Origin: a virus
Taxonomy: Duplodnaviria; Caudoviricetes
Length of the DNA: 37,074 bases
Direction: 5' to 3' (one strand)
IMG/VR virus record: IMGVR_UViG_3300016484_000315
Coordinates: 1 to 37,074 of that record
The notes under the pieces were generated by a model that saw only the letters and a list, made by a program, of their open reading frames with translations, ran no database searches and was not told where the DNA came from. The number at the start of each line of letters is the position of its first letter. Within the stretch, counting starts at the first letter, position 1. Made by a program: the position numbers and the translations under genes. Positions 1-7,215 of the stretch are shown here, piece by piece.

Positions 1-78
1 GGCAACGGCGACGGCTACGGCTACGGCTACGGCTACGGCTCCGGCTCCGGCTTCGGCTCTGGCAACGGCTACGGCTCC
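1..78 (+). repeat. hexamer tandem repeat (GGC-NNC)n
   Basis: 13 units of ggcNN(c/t): aac, gac, tac x4, tcc x2, ttc, tct, aac, tac, tcc. Confidence 0.9.
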
Positions 79-138
79 GTCAATCGTTCTGCTCGTCGGA
101 TCCGCGCCGCGCTTGCAGGGGAGAAGAGGGATGACTGA
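1..138 (+). CDS. 3' part of a glycine-X repeat protein that wraps from the window end
   Basis: Frame 1 reads GNGDGYGYGYGYGSGSGFGSGNGYGSVNRSARRIRAALAGEKRDD* with TGA at 136-138, overlapping the next ATG at 131. It continues the ORF that starts at 37024. Confidence 0.75.
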   Translation, partial: GNGDGYGYGYGYGSGSGFGSGNGYGSVNRSARRIRAALAGEKRDD

Positions 139-409
139 CGACATCGCGGCGCGGCTGCGTTGTGGGGATACTACTGCTGTCTTTGACGCCGCCGACGAAA
201 TAGATCGGCTGCGGGTGGAGTTGGAAAAAATCGCATCATATAAAAACAACCAAATAAGACTACTTCGCCAGAGCTACGTCACGCTGGCATTTGCGTTTAA
301 CCGATTGCACCAAAGCTCTCGGTCCAGAGATGGCGAGTTGTGTCTCGACCTACAGAGGGTACGGTCGCAGATCGAAGGGCACTTCAAAACTATAGGAGTC
401 AATTTATGA
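131..409 (+). CDS. hypothetical early protein (MTDDIxxRLR / AADEIxRLR family)
   Basis: ATG at 131 after a purine-rich RBS (GGAGAAGAGGG), coupled to the upstream stop. Shares motifs with the ORFs at 903 and 36505. Confidence 0.75.
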   Translation: MTDDIAARLRCGDTTAVFDAADEIDRLRVELEKIASYKNNQIRLLRQSYVTLAFAFNRLHQSSRSRDGELCLDLQRVRSQIEGHFKTIGVNL

Positions 410-603
410 GTGACGTTTGCTGTAATTGCAACGGATCAGGTGAGGTCGCAATCAACGCAAAAACGTGCCGCTATGTGTCACCCGGCCCGGTTCCTGACGA
501 TGCAAAAAACATCATCGGCAGCACGTGCTTTCAATGCGTTGGTACGGGTTTTGTTCATATCTCCGATCTCTCGCCCGACCTCAAGGAGACCGCCCATGAC
601 TGA
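406..603 (+). CDS. small zinc-finger protein with two DnaJ-type CxxCxGxG motifs
   Basis: ATGA overlap at 406-409; motifs CCNCNGSG and CFQCVGTG. Confidence 0.7.
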   Translation: MSDVCCNCNGSGEVAINAKTCRYVSPGPVPDDAKNIIGSTCFQCVGTGFVHISDLSPDLKETAHD

Positions 604-892
604 CGCAGAGATCATCAAAGCGATGGCGCAAAACATCTACGTAGAACTCGAAGGACCATTAGCAAATCAGGATTATTCACGCCAGTTGCGCCAGTGGGAC
701 CACGCGCAAAAACTTGCCAACGCCGCCTTTGTTATAGGTGCCCCCGTGATCCGCGCACCGCTGGAAGCTGATATCGAGCGGCTGCGGGCGGCGCTATACA
801 GCTTGAATGCTGACTTGGACGGAATTGGCGAAGCGTACACAGCAGCCGCAGTCGAAACGATGCGCAAGACAATTGAAGAGGCACTAGCATAG
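596..892 (+). CDS. hypothetical early protein
   Basis: AAGGAG RBS at 583-588, ATG at 596 overlapping the upstream stop; contains ADIERLRAAL. Confidence 0.7.
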   Translation: MTDAEIIKAMAQNIYVELEGPLANQDYSRQLRQWDHAQKLANAAFVIGAPVIRAPLEADIERLRAALYSLNADLDGIGEAYTAAAVETMRKTIEEALA

Positions 893-902
893 GAAAATAA
901 CA

Positions 903-1331
903 ATGACTGACGACATCGTAAAGCGGCTGCGCAACGCCTTTGACGGCGACGAGGTGCCGACGAAGAACATTGCGCTAAGGCTAGCCGCCGACGAGATCGA
1001 GCGGCTACGGGCGGCGCTAAAAAACGTGGCGGAAGATACTTTCTGGATAGGAGAGCGAGCGGCCCGCTCCGCGATGCAGGGGAGAAGAAAGATGACTGAC
1101 TGGCGACCGATAGAAACTGCGCCGAAGGAGCAAGTAATACTCGTCTATGATCCGACAGGAGAGGGGCTTATTTGCACCGCAGAATGGGACGGATGGACAG
1201 GCTATAACGCCGCGAAAAAAGACGTCTGTTGGAATGAAGGATGGATCGCCAGCCCTGCGCCCAGCGACCCCTACGAGCGGTTTCCCGTCCGCGCAACTCA
1301 CTGGATGCCGCTTCCAGAGCCGCCGAAATGA
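903..1331 (+). CDS. hypothetical early module fused in frame to a DUF551-like domain (internal start at 1092)
   Basis: N-terminal part MTDDIVKRLR...AADEIERLRAAL. C-terminal part WRPIETAPK...THWMPLPEPPK is the DUF551-type signature. There is a GGAG RBS and ATG at 1092. Confidence 0.8.
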   Translation: MTDDIVKRLRNAFDGDEVPTKNIALRLAADEIERLRAALKNVAEDTFWIGERAARSAMQGRRKMTDWRPIETAPKEQVILVYDPTGEGLICTAEWDGWTGYNAAKKDVCWNEGWIASPAPSDPYERFPVRATHWMPLPEPPK

Positions 1332-1573
1332 AGCGAACCCGTCCCCACACCATCCCCGAGCGCGCGCATCCTCACGTTCGCGCGCTCTTCGTCGAGATGA
1401 ACAGACACGATATGAGCTGTGACACGATGGCGGAGCAAGCTGGCATCTGCCGCGAAACGCTCATGAACTGGCGTAAGGGCTCGCATCCTAAATTGCGGGA
1501 CATCGAGGCGTGCCTGAACGTCGTCGGTTTGACCTTGCAAGCCGTCCCGGTGCGCGAGGTGGAGCATGTCTAA
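1328..1573 (+). CDS. XRE/Cro-like helix-turn-helix regulator
   Basis: ATGA overlap at 1328; MSCDTMAEQAGICRETLMNWRKGSHPKLRDIEACLNVVG matches the HTH_3 pattern. Confidence 0.75.
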   Translation: MKRTRPHTIPERAHPHVRALFVEMNRHDMSCDTMAEQAGICRETLMNWRKGSHPKLRDIEACLNVVGLTLQAVPVREVEHV

Positions 1574-1991
1574 CCGCTGGACCTCTCGCTTTTTGGCGCT
1601 CGCCAAACACGTCGCCGTCTGGAGCAAGGACCCCTCGACGCAGGTCGGCGCTGTCGCCGTCAACGACGCCCGCGCTATAGTCGAGACGGGTTACAACGGC
1701 CTACCGCGCGGCGTCGCGGATGAGCCTGAGCGTATGGAACGCCCGGCCAAGTACCTCTGGACGGCGCACGCGGAAGAAAATCTCGTCGCCCATGCTGCGC
1801 GTGCCCGTCTGGAGGGATCGACCGTGTACGTCACGCATATGTGCTGCGCCGCTTGTTCGCGAATGCTCATCAACGCGGGCGTGAAGCAGGTCGTCGTAGG
1901 CCCCGGCAAAACGTCGATGGACCCGGCGCAATTCTCTGTCGCTATGCAGATGTTCTGCGAGGCGGGCGTTAGCGTCACCGTGTCCGAATGA
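1566..1991 (+). CDS. dCMP deaminase (ComEB-like cytidine deaminase fold)
   Basis: SKDPSTQVGAV, GYNGLPRG, HAE catalytic motif and CxxC zinc ligands (CAAC). Confidence 0.92.
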   Translation: MSNRWTSRFLALAKHVAVWSKDPSTQVGAVAVNDARAIVETGYNGLPRGVADEPERMERPAKYLWTAHAEENLVAHAARARLEGSTVYVTHMCCAACSRMLINAGVKQVVVGPGKTSMDPAQFSVAMQMFCEAGVSVTVSE

Positions 1992-2055
1992 TGGACATGC
2001 TGGCCGATCTTGTGTCGCTCTTATGGGCTGGGCCTTTCTTCTTCGGCGTCGCAAT

Positions 2056-2084
2056 AAAAAACCTCCGGCTTGACGCCGGAGGTT
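2056..2084 (-). terminator. intrinsic terminator of the leftward replication operon
   Basis: 10-bp stem aacctccggc/gccggaggtt with a 5-nt loop and a U-tract on the minus strand. Confidence 0.75.
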
Positions 2085-2098
2085 AATTCTTTTACAGT
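2070..2098 (+). promoter_or_regulatory. sigma70-type promoter for the candidate sRNA
   Basis: TTGACG (2070-2075), 17 nt, TACAGT (2093-2098). Confidence 0.6.
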
Positions 2099-2103
2099 CA
2101 AGT

Positions 2104-2163
2104 TTCCTCGACCTCCTTCTTCGGGATGACTTAAGCCGGAACCCTATGGGCTCCGGCTTTTTT
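2104..2163 (+). ncRNA. candidate ~60-nt small RNA with an anti-Shine-Dalgarno loop
   Basis: Lies between the promoter match and a terminator, has no ORF, and forms a short hairpin (2105-2126) exposing CCUCCUUCU. Confidence 0.55.
2133..2163 (+). terminator. intrinsic terminator, + strand
   Basis: aagccgga-a-ccc tat ggg-c-tccggctt followed by a T-run. Confidence 0.8.
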
Positions 2164-2164
2164 C

Positions 2165-4471
2165 TTACGCCCGCTTCAGGCTGACGACATTCTGCGCGGC
2201 GGGCTCTTCGACCATGCGGCGCAGATCAGACTTGCTATGCTTGCAGAGCGTCATAGGGTCCGCGAACATATGCTTTTTAGTCGGGTAGTCCGCCGACCCG
2301 ACGCGCCCAACCTCCTTCCAGCCCGCTTCCTTCAAGGCGTGCAACAGCGCCGCTTGCGGGATTTTCACGCCCGCCGGAGCCTGCCCCGTCAGACGATCAC
2401 AGATGGCATGGAACGGGCTCGCAACGACGCCCTTGGCGAACTCGCCGTGGCGGTTTCGGATCATCTCGACAAGGAAGCTTTCGGCAATGCTCATGCCGTG
2501 TTCGACAAGGTTCAGCTTGAACTCGGTCAAGGGCGGCGCGGCGGACGGGTTGAACTTCGACACGTCGCGGGCGTAGAGCCATGCGGCGACCTTCTCAAAC
2601 CCGCCGTGCTTATACCAGTCCCAGATTAGCGCCGCGTCGGCGGCGTCCATGCGCGGCGCGCTTGACCAAATGCAGAACCAGCGCCGATCCTGCGACGGGA
2701 TCGAGATCGGAACCGGATCATTCGTGAACGCCAGCACGAACATGCGGTTGAGCATGTTATAGGGATGCAGGCCCTTGCGGTTGATCGGCAACGTCTCCGG
2801 CGGCGCGGCGATGATCGGCTTGAGCTTGTTCGCCAACGCCCGGCGCTCCTTCGCCTCCGGCTCCTTCAGCTCGTTCAGGATCAGAATTTCGCTTTCAAGC
2901 TGATAGCCCCATTGCGATGACAAGCTGTCATTGTCGATCAAGCCCCGGTTGCGGTTATCCGGGCCGCAGACAGCCCAGATGAACGGAGCCCACATGGTAT
3001 CTTTACCGCTGCCCTCGTCGCCGCCGTGCAAGACCGCGTGGTTGATCTTGATGCTAGGGTTTTGAAGCTTGAACGCCATGACGTCGAGGCAATGGTTCAG
3101 CTCGGCCTCATCGGGAACCAAGGCGCGGCAATGGTCGAGCCAGAGCGAAACGTTTCCGGGCGTAACGCCGGAAACGTCCGGACGGGCGTCGCGCCAACGG
3201 TTCGCAAACACCTCGCCGTCCTTGGCGACGAGAACGTCCTCTCCGGCGGCGTAGGTGATGCCCGCCAGCGCCCGCCCGCCAAGCGACTGACGGTTCTCGT
3301 CGTAGCAGACGCTCGCCTCGATTTTACGGGTCGTATGGATGGACTTGCAGGAGATATGGCGATAGACGGCGTTGAACGTCTGACGGCTCATTTCGCGGCG
3401 TTCCAGCAGGTCGAAATAGCTGTCGTCTGCCATGATGTAAGCGTAACGCTTGTACCACTTGCTGCGCTCGACGCGGCCTGCCTCGCGCTGCTCGACTTGT
3501 TCGATGACGCGCGCCGCCTCGTCGGGAAACGTCTCGGTCGGCGTCAGCTTGGATAAAGCGCGGTCCATGTGTTCGGCCAGCAGCTCGTCACGCAAGCCGG
3601 GCTCCACGTCCGGGCCGCCGTTGTCGCAGACCCAGCGCAGGAACGCGCGCGAGTCCAACTGCTCGCAATGGCCGTGGTAGCAGCAGAACGACCTGTCAAG
3701 CGGCTTGTAGCGCGCGGCAATGCTGCCGTCCGTATGTTCGCTATGGTTCGGACAGACAACCGACAGCCACCCCTCGGCGTTGACGTTGGAAAGGACCAGA
3801 CCTTGCCCGTTAAGCCATTGAAGAACGCTATCCTTGCCCGTGTCGCGCAGCCGAAACGAGACGCCGCTGGCCGTGTCGGCTTCGGCGGGCGTGACGCCCA
3901 GCGCCTCGCAAATCTGCGGAAGCGTGAATTCACGGCCCGGATGAAACTCGACGAGACGCGCCTCGAAACGGTCGCGACCGGGTTTAAGGTTAACCGAGCC
4001 CGGAATGCGGAAGTTGCGAACGCAATTCGTCGCGCCCGGATCTGTGTAACCGGCGTTGGCGATGGCCTTGATAGCCGCCGTGAACTCGTGCTTGTTCGGC
4101 TGCTCGCTGAAGGCGTAGCCCCATTGGAACGACCCCGGCGACGTCTCCATGATCCATGTCGGCGCGAGCGGCGGGGTCTTCGATTTGGTCCCCACGTCAT
4201 CCAGCATCATGGCGAGGACGTATTCGCAATGCGCGGCGCTGGCCGAAAGCTGGCCGTCCTCGAAACGGTCAACAATGAAAGAGCCGGTGTTGAGGTACCA
4301 CGCCTCTCCGGGCTTGCGCGTCTTGGTCGGAAGCTGCGGGATGAACGTATAACGCGGCGTTCCGTCCTTGTGCGTCAGATGCTCCCCACCGCGCATGACC
4401 GGCTTCTGCCTCACAATTAGCGCCGTCTCGCCCGGTTCCGCCAGACCGGCGAGGTATTCCACGAAATCCAT
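2165..4471 (-). CDS. primase-helicase (RepB-like primase domain plus DUF5906/SF3-type helicase)
   Basis: Primase motifs LDDVG, METSPGSFQWGY, FRIPGSVN; Cys/His cluster CPNHSEH...CYHGHC; Walker A GDEGSGKD. Start is 4471 (RBS) or 4489 (TAATG coupling). Confidence 0.88.
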   Translation of the reverse strand: MDFVEYLAGLAEPGETALIVRQKPVMRGGEHLTHKDGTPRYTFIPQLPTKTRKPGEAWYLNTGSFIVDRFEDGQLSASAAHCEYVLAMMLDDVGTKSKTPPLAPTWIMETSPGSFQWGYAFSEQPNKHEFTAAIKAIANAGYTDPGATNCVRNFRIPGSVNLKPGRDRFEARLVEFHPGREFTLPQICEALGVTPAEADTASGVSFRLRDTGKDSVLQWLNGQGLVLSNVNAEGWLSVVCPNHSEHTDGSIAARYKPLDRSFCCYHGHCEQLDSRAFLRWVCDNGGPDVEPGLRDELLAEHMDRALSKLTPTETFPDEAARVIEQVEQREAGRVERSKWYKRYAYIMADDSYFDLLERREMSRQTFNAVYRHISCKSIHTTRKIEASVCYDENRQSLGGRALAGITYAAGEDVLVAKDGEVFANRWRDARPDVSGVTPGNVSLWLDHCRALVPDEAELNHCLDVMAFKLQNPSIKINHAVLHGGDEGSGKDTMWAPFIWAVCGPDNRNRGLIDNDSLSSQWGYQLESEILILNELKEPEAKERRALANKLKPIIAAPPETLPINRKGLHPYNMLNRMFVLAFTNDPVPISIPSQDRRWFCIWSSAPRMDAADAALIWDWYKHGGFEKVAAWLYARDVSKFNPSAAPPLTEFKLNLVEHGMSIAESFLVEMIRNRHGEFAKGVVASPFHAICDRLTGQAPAGVKIPQAALLHALKEAGWKEVGRVGSADYPTKKHMFADPMTLCKHSKSDLRRMVEEPAAQNVVSLKRA

Positions 4472-4488
4472 ACTGGCCCCCTTCTCCA

Positions 4489-6468
4489 TTAGCCTTTTCC
4501 GTACCGCATCATAACCGCGCCCTCCGCGCCCAAGGGCAGCCCTTGAGCCCACGCGGGCGGCGTGACCATGATCTCTTTAATGCGCGCGCTGGCGGCCTCG
4601 GCGGCCTCCGCGTCGCATTCGATTACAATTTCGTCGTGGACGTGCGCCACAACGTCGAAACCTTCGGCGTCCAGCTTCCGCAACGCCTCGCGCAGCACGT
4701 CATGCGCCGCCGCCTGCGTGACGTTCTCGCACGCAAGCCCGCGCCACAAGCGCCCGCGCGGCCATTCTTTCGCGTCGGCGGCGGGTTTCCACGACGCCTT
4801 AGCGTAGGTGATGCCGCCCTCGTCGTCGAAACGGGCGTAAGGGTAACAGAGAACGCGGCCAGACGGCAAAGCGTACCAGAGGTGAACGCCATCGTAGAGA
4901 TAGGTGATGCGCCCCGCCGTGAACTCGCGGCCCTTGTGGCGCATGGCGCGCGTGTAGGCGTTCTCCAGATCGGCCCAGAAGCGCGGCCCCCACGGGTTCG
5001 CCCGCCGCCACGCCTGAACCATGCGCTGCGCCTCCGGCTCCGGCAGGTTGAGGCCGTAAATGCGGCCCATGGCGGCGAACGCGCCGACGCCGCCCGCGAA
5101 GCCGCAAGCCAGCTCCTGCACCTTGCCGACCTGACGCTGGTCCTTGTTCACCTCGTCAAAGCTGACGTGGAACGTCGCCGCCGCGTTGACCTTGTAGACG
5201 TCCAGATCGTTGCGGAACAGCTCCAGCTTGTCGTCGCCGTAGCCCGACAGCCACGGGTTAACGCGCGCTTCGATGGATGACCAATCGTAGACAACGAGCG
5301 CCTTGCCGGGCGCGGGGACGACCATCGGGCGCAGCATCGACTTGAGAACGTCGGTGGCGCGCTTGCCGAACTCCGGCACGATCTTGTGCCCGCGCACGAT
5401 GGCGTGCCGGACTAGTTCAGGGTCGGCGGCACATTTCCGGGGGAAATTCTGAAGCTGTAGCCCATAGCTTGAAGCGCGGCCTGTAGCAGAACCCCCTGCG
5501 AAGACAAGCGCCCCTCTAACCCGTCCATCGTCATCATCAGCAAGCGAAGCTGCGCGCTGGAATTTAGCAACGGACGACGCCCAAAGATCGTCGGCGCACT
5601 GTATGACATCAGCGACAGCGGGCGGGACCTCTTCGGCGTTCTCTTCGGCCAGCGCGAGCAAGTTGGCGCGGACGTTTTTGTCGATCGAGAGTTTCTTTTC
5701 GCCATCCTTGTACGTCTCCATGAGCTTGAGCGCCTGCGGCCCGACGCGCGCCGCCACCCATGCCCGCATCTTAGGGCTGCGCACGCTGACCAGCTCGCCT
5801 TCGCTGACCTCGCGCACGATCTGACTGATCTCGATTGTCTCGGCCTCGGCATACCGGATCGCCGCGCGGCACAAGTCGACGTCGACGCGCACGCCTCGGT
5901 CGTTGATCCGCTCGTTGACGTGGTAGTCGCGCAGCTCGTCAGCCGACAGGTCGCGCATTCCCCGGCTGATCGCCCGCATGGCGCGAACGTCCTGCTCGCA
6001 ATAGGCGATCATCTCGGCCATAAGCGCGGCGTCTTCGCGGAAACCGCCGTCCGCCTGCGGCACGGACAGCGCCCGGATGAGCTGCGCGCCGCGATGGTCC
6101 TTGCGCATGGATGCGCCAGCGAACCGGCCCACGTCCTCCAGCGAGCCGGGGGCGCAATTGGCGCGGGCCTGCGTCGCCGTGCAATAGAACTGCTCGAGCG
6201 CGGGCTCTTGGAAACCGTAGTCGGGAGACAGCACGAACCAGAAAATCAGCCGCTCAAACGCGGCGTTATGCGCCCTGATCTGGCCTCGGTGCGCAGCTAC
6301 GCGCGCGGGGAATGGCTGATCGGGCGTCCACGTCGTGACGTCCTCGTCGTCGAAAGCGTAGGACATGCACAGGACGGACGTGGAGCGATCCTGTGCGTAG
6401 TTGTAAACCCCGCCAGCGCGCAAATCCGCGCGGCTCCGTGTCTCGAAATCAACCCAAAGAATGCTCAT
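4489..6468 (-). CDS. family A DNA polymerase (SPO2/APSE-like) with 3'-5' exonuclease
   Basis: Exo I DFETRS, AHNAAFER, YCEQDV; motif A DWSSIEARV; motif B RQVGKVQELACGF; motif C HVHDEI. Confidence 0.95.
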   Translation of the reverse strand: MSILWVDFETRSRADLRAGGVYNYAQDRSTSVLCMSYAFDDEDVTTWTPDQPFPARVAAHRGQIRAHNAAFERLIFWFVLSPDYGFQEPALEQFYCTATQARANCAPGSLEDVGRFAGASMRKDHRGAQLIRALSVPQADGGFREDAALMAEMIAYCEQDVRAMRAISRGMRDLSADELRDYHVNERINDRGVRVDVDLCRAAIRYAEAETIEISQIVREVSEGELVSVRSPKMRAWVAARVGPQALKLMETYKDGEKKLSIDKNVRANLLALAEENAEEVPPAVADVIQCADDLWASSVAKFQRAASLADDDDGRVRGALVFAGGSATGRASSYGLQLQNFPRKCAADPELVRHAIVRGHKIVPEFGKRATDVLKSMLRPMVVPAPGKALVVYDWSSIEARVNPWLSGYGDDKLELFRNDLDVYKVNAAATFHVSFDEVNKDQRQVGKVQELACGFAGGVGAFAAMGRIYGLNLPEPEAQRMVQAWRRANPWGPRFWADLENAYTRAMRHKGREFTAGRITYLYDGVHLWYALPSGRVLCYPYARFDDEGGITYAKASWKPAADAKEWPRGRLWRGLACENVTQAAAHDVLREALRKLDAEGFDVVAHVHDEIVIECDAEAAEAASARIKEIMVTPPAWAQGLPLGAEGAVMMRYGKG

Positions 6469-6492
6469 GGTTCCCCCGCCCAGAAACCGTTC

Positions 6493-6531
6493 GCGGGCGG
6501 ACAGCGTAAGGAGCCACCGCTGTCCGCCCGC
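6493..6531 (-). promoter_or_regulatory. intergenic 14-bp perfect hairpin with an 11-nt loop
   Basis: gcgggcggacagcg / cgctgtccgcccgc; the loop on the transcribed strand is GUGGCUCCUUA; no U-tract follows. Confidence 0.7.
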
Positions 6532-6547
6532 GCCCGTTAGCCCCTAA

Positions 6548-7201
6548 TTACGCGCCGCGACGACGGCGGCGACCCTCGGGAGCATCCGCTTCGGCTGCGG
6601 GGGGAACAGCCTCGTCGGAACCAGCAGCCGCACCATTCATGCCGACCCATTCAACGATCTCGAACACGGGCGTATAAATGCGGCCATAAGACTTATGAGT
6701 GTAGTGTTCTTTCTTGAGCCTCACAACGGGAACGGGACGGCTTTGGTCCTTTTCCACCTGCGCGGCAATGTCAAGCGCGAGCTTCTGAACGGCCTTCTTG
6801 CCGCCGACTGACGTCACCGAGTAGCGCACGTCCAGACCTTCATCCTCGCCGGACATGCACTTGAGCGAGAAGCCGACCTGCGTCTCCCAGCCGCGCTTGG
6901 CCTGCGGCGGCGCGGGCTCCAGCTCAGGGAGCGGCTGCGACACCGGAACCATGCGCTCGCCAACGACCTCGCCGTCGCCCCAAGCAATGAAGCCGTGGAC
7001 GAAGGAGAAGGGATTGACGGCCCATTTGCTATCGTCTTCGACTTCCGTCTGATCCGCGCCAAAAACCCAGTGGCCGGTCTTGTCCATCTTCAGGAGGACG
7101 TCGCCGCCGCCCGAGACGCCCGCGCTGATGTTGCGCAGGTTGTCGGCGAGAGAAGCAACGGACGGGAGGTTCGCGCCGCTGAAAGCAGTGATGTTCGACA
7201 T
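6548..7201 (-). CDS. putative single-stranded DNA-binding protein
   Basis: Sits between the nuclease and the polymerase, has a beta-rich aromatic core (YTHKSYGRIYTPVFEIVEW) and a flexible tail. Function is inferred from synteny. Confidence 0.65.
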   Translation of the reverse strand: MSNITAFSGANLPSVASLADNLRNISAGVSGGGDVLLKMDKTGHWVFGADQTEVEDDSKWAVNPFSFVHGFIAWGDGEVVGERMVPVSQPLPELEPAPPQAKRGWETQVGFSLKCMSGEDEGLDVRYSVTSVGGKKAVQKLALDIAAQVEKDQSRPVPVVRLKKEHYTHKSYGRIYTPVFEIVEWVGMNGAAAGSDEAVPPAAEADAPEGRRRRRGA

Positions 7202-7215
7202 TAGTGTATCTTTCC

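Noticed and set aside
1-78. GGC-NNC codons look like adenine-mutagenised AAC codons of a diversity-generating retroelement
   Set aside because: No reverse transcriptase and no invariant template repeat in the window; high GC3 bias and slippage explain the third-position C.
131-1018. Repeat-spacer-like pattern suggesting a CRISPR array
   Set aside because: The repeats are degenerate, in frame within coding sequence and irregularly spaced; no cas operon. The Cas4-like nuclease is a standard phage replication gene.
1988-2086. Short ORF MMDMLADLVSLLWAGPFFFGVAIK... coupled to the dCMP deaminase stop
   Set aside because: It runs through a terminator and promoter and has no independent support; possible but not callable.
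4472-4552. Longer N-termini in the ORF track (primase 4552, nuclease 8373, terS 31422, 113, 340, 410, 33601, 35682)
   Set aside because: Downstream ATGs have RBSs or stop-start coupling; the extensions overlap other genes or promoter DNA.
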